The notes beneath the pieces were generated by a model. The model saw only the letters and a program-made list of their open reading frames with translations, did no database searches and was not told the origin of the DNA. A DNA stretch of 30,943 nucleotides. Source: a virus (Duplodnaviria > Caudoviricetes). Shown here in pieces: positions 24,421-30,943 of the stretch. Made by a program: the position numbers and the translations under genes. The first letter of the stretch is position 1; each line of letters opens with the position of its first letter. The DNA is taken from the IMG/VR virus record IMGVR_UViG_3300042108_000011, positions 1 to 30,943 of that record. The stretch is one strand, 5' to 3'.

Positions 24421-26784
24421 TTAATCGTTTGTCGAAGGTGAACCAGCGGTTAACATGAAGTATCGCCCGGAATGATTGTGTCCTTCGGTGTATTTATAAC
24501 CTTTAAAAATAGCATATTCCCGAACCCATTTTTTGAATTTTTGCGTTGACAAATCTTTGAACGAATTCGTTTCACTTTGGAATTCTTGTAGTTTGGTTTG
24601 ATTGTAATTGTAAACGTCCAAAGGAATGTTGCCTTCGCGGGTGAATTCGAAAAAGTCCTTGCAAGTTGATTGAATGAATCTTTTCGCGTCCGCGTTAATG
24701 CTGGTTGTTTTTATCAAGCGATTGGTCAAATACTTTTGCAAGTTCGAAATCATGTAATTGTCAAACCGCGACCAATCGTCACCGTCCCATGAATCAAACA
24801 ACATTCGTTTGTATTCGTCTTCCGGTGAATGATTCGCATTAAAATACTGGAAAAATTCGATTTCGTGCCGTCGGCGATCATGCGATGAACCCGCGCCATT
24901 TATAACGTAATTCGTTGTAATTACAATTTTCGGCGCCCTTGTGAATGGAATGTAAATTTCATCTTTGTTTTTGCGATTCACGGCGATTCCTTGCGTCACA
25001 ATTGAAAACAATTGTTCAAAATCAAAGTTCTTTTTTACGTCATCGAATGCTAAAATTTGCGTATCTAAATTCACCCGCTGGTATACGAAATCATTTTTCA
25101 TTGAACTGAATTGTTTCCCGTCAATGGTCACAATATTTCGAAAGTAACCAAGCGCCGTCAACATCAAAGATTTTCCCGAACCTCCGTTTGCGTTGTCGTC
25201 GATTTCTTGATCGTTGAAAATGATTGCTTTTTGTTCGGTCTTGTCTTTGAAAGTGTGCATCAAATAACCCAATGTAGATTCCAGCGCATCAATTCGTTGG
25301 TTGTCTTTGTTTGACACCTTACAAATGAAATCTTGAAAATCATTTTTGAATTCCTCAACTGGCACAAAGTCACGGTTCAAGATTTGATTTTCCCAAATAT
25401 AACCGTCAATGTCAATGTACGATTTCAATGTGACGTCTTTTTTCGTGACGACCACAACACCATTTTTAAAAGGAATATACGAAAGGTCTTTGCTATCTTG
25501 TAACATCTTTAAATCGATGCTTTCCAACATATTTAAATGATTCTCTGAAAACAAATACGTTGATCTTGAACAATAATTCCACACGGCGATTTCGCCCCGG
25601 TCCCGTAAATAATTTAAAACGAAATCTTTGATTTGTTCGACCGCCGACAAACGTACTTTGTTTTCATTTACAACCACGAACGTAGGGGACAACGCCCGTT
25701 CCGGGTAATATTTCCCGAATCCATTCTTTGCCAAAAAATGCGAATATTCGTTCGGTTCAATTATTATTCGTTCCCCTTGTTTTGTTTGAATTACTTTCCA
25801 AAATACGTCGTTGTTTGTTTGAATTTCTTCCTTTATTTCATCTAATTGTTCGTTATCAATGTTCAATTCGCGTTGAATGTCAATATCTGAATGTCCTTTT
25901 CGAATTTTCATTTTTGCTTTTGCCAGCTTGTCGACGTCTTCAAAATATTTAGAACCGAATTGAGCAATTCGGTAGGCGCTTTTAATTGTGTTAATCAATT
26001 CGCTTTGCGTGAACGATTCGTCAACATAGTTTTTCAAATGGTATTCGGCGACGTCGCGCATTATTCCGAATTCGCATAGACAAGCGGAAACGTTGAAAAT
26101 GTAATTATTTCGGTTGCCTTTCGTGAATTTACCCCCAAAATCGAATTTAAAAATGCGGTCAATGATTTTCCCTTCATCGGTCAAACGGCAAATCGGAGCG
26201 CGTTCCTTATAAATGTAACCTTGTTCCTCTTCGATTTTTGTAAATTCATCGCAAAATTCATTAAGATACGCGTCGGGATCGTAGGATTCGAAACAAACAC
26301 GCGAAACGTTTTGACTGGATGAATCAAAATAATCAGAATTAAATTCCTTTTCAAGCGCTTTGAATCGTCGCTTGTGTTCATCTTTACTTGATTTGGGAAT
26401 CTTGACAACGACTTTCAAACCTTTATTTGACGGCGACGTGAAAACCATGTAAACGAATGGCAATAATTTGAACCTTTGTTTGTCTTCGTTCATGGTTGAT
26501 TCGTCCAGGTAATCGTCAAAGTCAAGAATACACAACCCGGAATGTTCAATCAAACCGTTGTCGGTTCGCTCGTTAAACGTTCCGTTGAACATAATTGCAA
26601 GCAATGAATTTTTTAATGAACGGTAACTTTCCAAAGAATCGTCCATTTCACGCAATCGGTTAATTTTAGATATAAGTTCGGGATAACCTTTTTTGATTCG
26701 GTTGTAAACATCGACCACGTTCATCGTATACGGTGTTTCCTTTGCGTTGAATAGTGACTTGAAAACGGAAATGTTCGGAATCAT
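24421..26784 (-). CDS. Primase-helicase (BT4734/VirE-N-like primase, PriCT-like domain, SF3/D5-like helicase)
   Basis: HSGLCILDFD, FTSPSNKGLK, SRVCFESYD; GNRNNYIF; Walker A GGSGKS, AFDD, ITTN, RR. Confidence 0.85.
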   Translation of the reverse strand: MIPNISVFKSLFNAKETPYTMNVVDVYNRIKKGYPELISKINRLREMDDSLESYRSLKNSLLAIMFNGTFNERTDNGLIEHSGLCILDFDDYLDESTMNEDKQRFKLLPFVYMVFTSPSNKGLKVVVKIPKSSKDEHKRRFKALEKEFNSDYFDSSSQNVSRVCFESYDPDAYLNEFCDEFTKIEEEQGYIYKERAPICRLTDEGKIIDRIFKFDFGGKFTKGNRNNYIFNVSACLCEFGIMRDVAEYHLKNYVDESFTQSELINTIKSAYRIAQFGSKYFEDVDKLAKAKMKIRKGHSDIDIQRELNIDNEQLDEIKEEIQTNNDVFWKVIQTKQGERIIIEPNEYSHFLAKNGFGKYYPERALSPTFVVVNENKVRLSAVEQIKDFVLNYLRDRGEIAVWNYCSRSTYLFSENHLNMLESIDLKMLQDSKDLSYIPFKNGVVVVTKKDVTLKSYIDIDGYIWENQILNRDFVPVEEFKNDFQDFICKVSNKDNQRIDALESTLGYLMHTFKDKTEQKAIIFNDQEIDDNANGGSGKSLMLTALGYFRNIVTIDGKQFSSMKNDFVYQRVNLDTQILAFDDVKKNFDFEQLFSIVTQGIAVNRKNKDEIYIPFTRAPKIVITTNYVINGAGSSHDRRRHEIEFFQYFNANHSPEDEYKRMLFDSWDGDDWSRFDNYMISNLQKYLTNRLIKTTSINADAKRFIQSTCKDFFEFTREGNIPLDVYNYNQTKLQEFQSETNSFKDLSTQKFKKWVREYAIFKGYKYTEGHNHSGRYFMLTAGSPSTND

Positions 26785-26797
26785 TATAATATCAAAT

Positions 26798-26876
26798 AAA
26801 AATGGGACGACCTTTCAACGATGGCGCGCGTTTACTCGGTCGATCCCATTAATAAATTTTTTTGTTGTTGCGCCAT
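26798..26876 (-). promoter_or_regulatory. Structured 5' leader: 14-codon uORF, terminator-like hairpin and loop-to-5' pairing
   Basis: uORF 26876-26832 MAQQQKNLLMGSTE*; stem AATGGGATCGACC / GGTCGTCCCATT plus T run; loop GCGCCAT complementary to ATGGCGC at the uORF start. Confidence 0.6.
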
Positions 26877-26877
26877 G

Positions 26878-27090
26878 GTCACAAAACTAATTATTTTTTT
26901 CATTCATAATCAATCCGCGACAAAAAAATATTTTTGTAACGCGTTTTGTAACGGCTGAAAAGCAATGTGGTATTGACTTTGAACCAAAGCGCGACAAAAT
27001 TACAAAACTTTTGACCCCCTCCCCATTGTTTTTTTCAAATTTTTGCTGGCACCTGGGTAAAGGGATTCGTAATTTTGTAACGTTGTAACG
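26878..27090. repeat. Cluster of direct and inverted TTTTGTnrCG-type repeats, candidate replication origin
   Basis: Forward TTTTGTAACG at 26932, 26944 and 27073 and TTGTAACG at 27083; inverted CGCGACAAAA at 26916 and 26990, ATTACAAAA at 26999, GTCACAAAA at 26878. Confidence 0.6.
26882..26913 (-). promoter_or_regulatory. Bacteroidota-type promoter for the primase-helicase operon
   Basis: TTG-N21-TAGTTTTG, ending 5 nt before the uORF ATG. Confidence 0.6.
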
Positions 27091-27097
27091 CTCGGAC

Positions 27098-27130
27098 AAA
27101 AAAAAACACCCCATTTTCACGGGGTGTCTT
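27098..27130 (-). terminator. Intrinsic terminator ending the early operon
   Basis: Minus strand GACACCCCGT-GAAA-ATGGGGTGTT running into a T9 tract. Confidence 0.85.
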
Positions 27131-27150
27131 TCAAGCAAATTAAAACAAAA

Positions 27151-27564
27151 CTATGTTAATGCAAATATAAGCGAAATATCTTTTCGGTTGTATTTTCCAT
27201 TTAATTTTTCAATCATGCGTTTCGAAAATTTACCTTCAATCGTTAACGTTGTTTCGTTACAATGGCAATCGTAAATGTATTTTTTTGATACGCGTTCCGC
27301 TTCGATGTCAAGTGTTTGTTCGAGCGGGTGAATTCCGCGCAAATATTCCATGTCACGAATTTTCCACCAAAATTTATGTTGTTTTATCCCGTGAATTACA
27401 CTTGAATGGTCACGATTAAACATTTCACCGATCGCCGTTTTTGTCATGTTCCCGCGACTATCCGCAACCGCCATAAGAAAATAACGTTTGTATGTGAATT
27501 CGCGTTTTCGATTTGGTTTGTCAAGCTGGTATTCTTGAATTAATTCTTTGATGTCTTGATTCAT
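27151..27564 (-). CDS. DnaA C-terminal-like HTH DNA-binding protein
   Basis: AIGEMFNRDHSSVIHG matches the DnaA domain IV signature (IGxxFxxRDHTTV). Confidence 0.75.
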   Translation of the reverse strand: MNQDIKELIQEYQLDKPNRKREFTYKRYFLMAVADSRGNMTKTAIGEMFNRDHSSVIHGIKQHKFWWKIRDMEYLRGIHPLEQTLDIEAERVSKKYIYDCHCNETTLTIEGKFSKRMIEKLNGKYNRKDISLIFALT

Positions 27565-27704
27565 ATCTTTTCAATTACAAAGTGACCAAATCGGTGCGTT
27601 CCTAATCGATACAATTCGCGCGCTTTCCAGTTTGCCAGCGCTTCGGTTGGGAATGTATACGATTCTTTTAATGTCTTGTTGTGGAAATATAGTAGTTTAT
27701 ACAT
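27561..27704 (-). CDS. Small early protein (47 aa), not in the ORF track
   Basis: MYKLLYFHNKTLKESYTFPTEALANWKARELYRLGTHRFGHFVIEKI*; overlaps both neighbours. Confidence 0.65.
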   Translation of the reverse strand: MYKLLYFHNKTLKESYTFPTEALANWKARELYRLGTHRFGHFVIEKI

Positions 27705-27837
27705 TATTTTGAAGTTTAATTTCACAAATTTTTAAGTAAAGTTCGACGTTAAATGATCCGCCCTTGTCGAATGCAAAGGACGGTTTTGACCACCAGCGAA
27801 TAATTGCGTGTAATGTCATGGGTTTAAATTTTTTCAT
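27697..27837 (-). CDS. Small early protein (46 aa)
   Basis: Start refined to ATG 27837, next to the upstream stop; IIRWW...GGSFNVELYLKIC. Confidence 0.6.
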   Translation of the reverse strand: MKKFKPMTLHAIIRWWSKPSFAFDKGGSFNVELYLKICEIKLQNNV

Positions 27838-27838
27838 T

Positions 27839-28165
27839 TTAATAAGGTTTGTGTAATTCATAATAATAACATAATTTTCGAGCGCTTTCCTCGGAAATAT
27901 ATTCGTAAAAATCAAAAACATCCGGATTGTCGAGCATGAATTCTTTTATTTCATTTTCAATTTGTTTTTCTTGTTTCCGGGTTAATTTGATTTCGATTTC
28001 ATGACCATTTTCGTCGTTTGTAAAGGACCAAATTTCGGTGAAATGAAGGTCAAAATCGACCGTTCCGAATTCGTCCATAATTATGACATCTATTTCAAAC
28101 GTCACCGAACCGTGTACATTTTCGATTTGAAAATCGAACCAATGTTTGTCGATTGAATTTACCAT
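27839..28165 (-). CDS. Acidic early hypothetical protein
   Basis: Start refined to ATG 28165, overlapping the upstream stop. Confidence 0.65.
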   Translation of the reverse strand: MVNSIDKHWFDFQIENVHGSVTFEIDVIIMDEFGTVDFDLHFTEIWSFTNDENGHEIEIKLTRKQEKQIENEIKEFMLDNPDVFDFYEYISEESARKLCYYYELHKPY

Positions 28166-28257
28166 GTTGCTATACAATAAAAGATTAATAAAAAACCGCT
28201 TGCCATGAACCCGACCAGTAACACAAAATCAAGTATTATTTTTGTATATTCGTTCAT
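28159..28257 (-). CDS. Single-helix membrane peptide (32 aa), not in the ORF track
   Basis: MNEYTKIILDFVLLVGFMASGFLLIFYCIATW*; ATGA-coupled start. Confidence 0.55.
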   Translation of the reverse strand: MNEYTKIILDFVLLVGFMASGFLLIFYCIATW

Positions 28258-28412
28258 AATTCATCGACTTTAACGGTTGCGACATCCCATGTTGTTGTTG
28301 CCAAAATTTCGTTGGCATATTTATACGCTTCGATGAAATCGAATTGTTCGGTGACCTTGTGAAACATTTCGTTTCCGTCGTGGTCGAAAAATGTAATTTT
28401 AAAAGTTTCCAT
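28254..28412 (-). CDS. Small early protein (52 aa), not in the ORF track
   Basis: METFKITFFDHDGNEMFHKVTEQFDFIEAYKYANEILATTTWDVATVKVDEL*; starts 2 nt after the upstream stop. Confidence 0.65.
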   Translation of the reverse strand: METFKITFFDHDGNEMFHKVTEQFDFIEAYKYANEILATTTWDVATVKVDEL

Positions 28413-28414
28413 GA

Positions 28415-28621
28415 TTATAAGTTTTCAAAGGTTTGAATTAATAAACATTCACAATGTGCAATTGCCATTGCATTTTTGTATTCGTTGTCCTCGTCATTAA
28501 AGTAATCGAACGCTTCAGAATCGGTTGTAATTGCGCTAACCTCGACGCCGTTAACGATTCCGCTAACTCTATAATGTCCGTAGCTTTTTGTCCTTTCAAT
28601 TTTCATATTTTCAGTTTTCAT
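28415..28621 (-). CDS. Small early protein (68 aa)
   Basis: Start refined to ATG 28621 after an A-rich leader. Confidence 0.65.
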   Translation of the reverse strand: MKTENMKIERTKSYGHYRVSGIVNGVEVSAITTDSEAFDYFNDEDNEYKNAMAIAHCECLLIQTFENL

Positions 28622-28673
28622 AATTTTGTTTTTTAATTGTGCGTTACGGATGCGCACCCCCCGATTTGTTTAT

Positions 28674-28805
28674 TTATATCATTTTAATTAATTCAACTTT
28701 TTCAAGATCATAACCTAATTCAATTAATGTATCTAAATAATTATTTAATTCGATTGCTGGAATAGTTACGATTTCATTTTCGGTTAATTTTAAAATTGCT
28801 TTCAT
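28674..28805 (-). CDS. First early protein (43 aa), not in the ORF track
   Basis: MKAILKLTENEIVTIPAIELNNYLDTLIELGYDLEKVELIKMI*; A-rich leader directly after the early promoter. Confidence 0.6.
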   Translation of the reverse strand: MKAILKLTENEIVTIPAIELNNYLDTLIELGYDLEKVELIKMI

Positions 28806-28841
28806 AGTGTTTTTTTTAAATTTTGTGCCTTATTGACCTTA

Positions 28842-28872
28842 CGAAATTACTTTTCTTTTTTATATCTGCAAA
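28842..28872 (-). promoter_or_regulatory. Bacteroidota-type early promoter
   Basis: TTTG-N19-TAATTTCG in an AT-rich intergenic region. Confidence 0.7.
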
Positions 28873-28914
28873 TTATTTTGCACGTTTTTTTACATTTTTT
28901 AACAAAATAATTTT

Positions 28915-28939
28915 AAAACCCTTATAAAATAAAGGTTTT
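28915..28939 (-). terminator. Hairpin ending the late/lysis operon
   Basis: Minus strand AAAACCTTTAT-TTT-ATAAGGGTTTT, 5 nt after the phosphoesterase stop; weak and AT-rich. Confidence 0.5.
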
Positions 28940-28944
28940 GATTC

Positions 28945-29976
28945 TTAAAAAATATGTGTTAAACGGGCGATTTGACCGTGTTCCGGGTGATGAATGAACC
29001 CTTCAATCGCTTTTGGCGAATGCTGGTAACCGTTTCGATGATGCCACGAATCCGTTCCCGACGGTGAACGCAAAGATTCAACGGTCACGCCGATGAAATC
29101 CTTTGACATTTTGTGGTGAACGTGGTGTGTGTAAACGTAACGGTGTTTCGTTTTCGCCCATTCAAGCGGGAATTCTTGCGCCATCAACAACGGCAAATCT
29201 TGTAATTTCGCCCCGTCGCCGTGTGTTGTTCCGATTAAACTTGTCCCGTATTGAAATGCTTTTCGATGCGAAATCGAACAATCAAATGTAATGTTTTTGC
29301 AATTACGAAACCATGATTGAATAACATCCGCAAGGAAAAACCCGTTCGTGTAATCATGATTTGACGGATTGAACGTGAAATGAACGTCCGCGATTGTAAT
29401 TAATTTTTCAAGGATTTCGACGTAAAGCCGTTTCGCGTTAATAAAGTTTTCATACCACATTCCGTCGGTGTCTTGTGGTGTTCCCGCGGTTGTTTGTCGT
29501 TTCGGCGTATCAATGTGCAAAATGTCATTTCCTCCGATGAATAAAATCTTGTTGATTTGGAATCCGCTTGACTTGTCCAAAATTCCTTGAACGCCTTCGT
29601 GAACGCGCTTGACCGCGATTTGTTGATTGTATTCCTCGCCCGTTTCGAATGCGGTTGCCAGTTTTCCGATATGAACGTCCGCGGGATCAATGACCAACAA
29701 ATGACCATCCTTTGATTTGGTCCTTTTGATTGTCGGGTAAACTGGGGAATGTTCTTCAATTGACTTGATTATGTCAACGCGCAACTGTTCCATTTTTCCG
29801 AATAGTTCGTTTTGATATTCGGGATTTTTAAAAAACAAGCTTGTATTCTTTGATTTCAACCAACCATGTTTGACATTTTTCACGTCGATTCCTTGGTCGT
29901 CGCATTCGCGCTTGATTCTTCGATATTGCGCAACAACCTCGAATTCTTCGCGCGTTATTCGTGGTCTAAATTTCAC
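28945..29976 (-). CDS. Calcineurin-like metallophosphoesterase
   Basis: DVHIGK, GNDILH, SNHD, HGD and HHVHH metal-binding motifs in canonical order. Confidence 0.85.
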   Translation of the reverse strand: MKFRPRITREEFEVVAQYRRIKRECDDQGIDVKNVKHGWLKSKNTSLFFKNPEYQNELFGKMEQLRVDIIKSIEEHSPVYPTIKRTKSKDGHLLVIDPADVHIGKLATAFETGEEYNQQIAVKRVHEGVQGILDKSSGFQINKILFIGGNDILHIDTPKRQTTAGTPQDTDGMWYENFINAKRLYVEILEKLITIADVHFTFNPSNHDYTNGFFLADVIQSWFRNCKNITFDCSISHRKAFQYGTSLIGTTHGDGAKLQDLPLLMAQEFPLEWAKTKHRYVYTHHVHHKMSKDFIGVTVESLRSPSGTDSWHHRNGYQHSPKAIEGFIHHPEHGQIARLTHIF

Positions 29977-30451
29977 CCCTATATTTTAAAAATAAAGCGA
30001 TCCGATTGAAAACCGATGAATTCAACATGAATCGTAAAACAAAACCAAGAATGAACGCAATCAAAACCAACAACCAATTGGTTCGATATTTCACAATTTG
30101 GTTGTTTTTTATTTTCGCTTGTTGTCGAACAATCTTGACCTCGGTATCACCTTTGATTTTCAAGGTCTTGATTCGTTCCTTGTATCGAATTCGTTCTTGA
30201 AATTTCGTTGTTGGAACGTATAGGTTTCTATATTGTATAACCGTATCGCGATACGCGATAAATTTTTCGTAAACAATCGAATCGTTGACAATTACCGGGA
30301 ATGAATCAACGGTTGCGATTCGAATTGTGTCGGTGTCTTGTGTGAATTTAGCGCCGTGTTTTAGCGCTTTTCGGACGTGGTATTGTGCTTTGCGTTCAGA
30401 TGAACACGAAACAAGCGCGAACGCCAGCAAAATAATAAAAATCAACCTCAT
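29966..30451 (-). CDS. Putative unimolecular spanin
   Basis: Lipoprotein signal with lipobox LVSC (Cys16) plus a C-terminal transmembrane helix (WLLVLIAFILGFVL); ATGA-coupled to the endolysin. Confidence 0.7.
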   Translation of the reverse strand: MRLIFIILLAFALVSCSSERKAQYHVRKALKHGAKFTQDTDTIRIATVDSFPVIVNDSIVYEKFIAYRDTVIQYRNLYVPTTKFQERIRYKERIKTLKIKGDTEVKIVRQQAKIKNNQIVKYRTNWLLVLIAFILGFVLRFMLNSSVFNRIALFLKYRGEI

Positions 30452-30943
30452 ATTTCGAGTAAAGTGTACGAAAATTTATTGCCGTGTATTTTAGACGCCT
30501 TTTTGCAAATGAACATGAACGTTTCGAAATCTTTTGCGCGCTTGAAAACTTGGCAACCTTCAGACCAATTTTCAACCCAAGTGGAATACGTACCCGCTTT
30601 ATGGATGTTTATTCCAAACATTCCCGTATCCGTTTTGATTTCGTCAAACTTTAGGTCTCGGTTAGCATCGCGCCACACCGTAACGTTCCCTAATCTTTGA
30701 CAAAGCGCGTCGTACTTTCCTCGATGTTTATCGATTGCCCAAACGCCTCGATATTGACCCGCAACCAACCGCGCGACGCCTTTAGGATTGCCGAATTTTT
30801 CAACACCTTTTTTTCCCGGATCGGTCGTCGCGTTCCAGCAAAAAAATTGCCACGTTCCGTTTGCATCTTTGAACGAAATTGTAATATGGTCGTCAAAGAT
30901 ATTTGTCACCTTGTCGGCAATGCTGGGTGAATTGTTTCGAACG
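30448..30943 (-). CDS. Putative endolysin, 3' part (second allele; N-terminus at 391-488 after circularisation)
   Basis: Same protein sequence as 1-390 over the overlap; continues CQVFKRAKDF...FSYTLLEI*. Confidence 0.75.
   Translation of the reverse strand, partial: VRNNSPSIADKVTNIFDDHITISFKDANGTWQFFCWNATTDPGKKGVEKFGNPKGVARLVAGQYRGVWAIDKHRGKYDALCQRLGNVTVWRDANRDLKFDEIKTDTGMFGINIHKAGTYSTWVENWSEGCQVFKRAKDFETFMFICKKASKIHGNKFSYTLLEI
30554..30943. repeat. Terminal direct repeat, right copy
   Basis: Matches 1-390, with differences confined to 30598-30628 and 30700-30790. Confidence 0.97.

Noticed and set aside
26932-27090. Mini CRISPR array
   Set aside because: Repeats are only 8-10 bp, irregularly spaced and in both orientations.
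26887-27138. 83-aa ORF in the track
   Set aside because: Starts inside a terminator and crosses the repeat cluster and a promoter; better explained as non-coding.

Overview
The window is a probably complete, circularly permuted genome (unit length about 30,553 bp) of a tailed dsDNA phage. A long non-contractile tail is inferred from the tape measure, a single tail tube candidate and no visible sheath gene. Bases 1-390 repeat at 30554-30943, and the endolysin gene reads through the junction. A Bacteroidota host is inferred from TTTG-N19-21-TAnnTTTG promoters, A-rich leaders without Shine-Dalgarno sites, a DUF3127-like SSB and a BT4734-like primase N-terminus. All credible genes but one are on the minus strand, in this order: small early genes, a DnaA-C-like HTH, a candidate origin, primase-helicase, GNAT, nucleases, ERF/exonuclease/SSB, an ECF-like sigma factor, acyltransferase and glycosyltransferase, terminase, tail, tape measure, head, portal, lysis genes and a metallophosphoesterase. 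I saw no integrase, DNA polymerase, tRNA, CRISPR array or reverse transcriptase. Main points: (1) a hidden -1 frame after a T9 slippery run in the putative tail chaperone; (2) a four-copy 19-bp late-promoter motif CGAACAA-N4-ACATAWTA, one copy of which also holds a host-type -7 element on the other strand for the only plus-strand gene (Stealth-like); (3) a leader peptide, terminator and loop-pairing element ahead of the primase-helicase; (4) two endolysin alleles at the contig ends differing by 27 changes, all synonymous. Family names come from motifs read by eye, with no database search.
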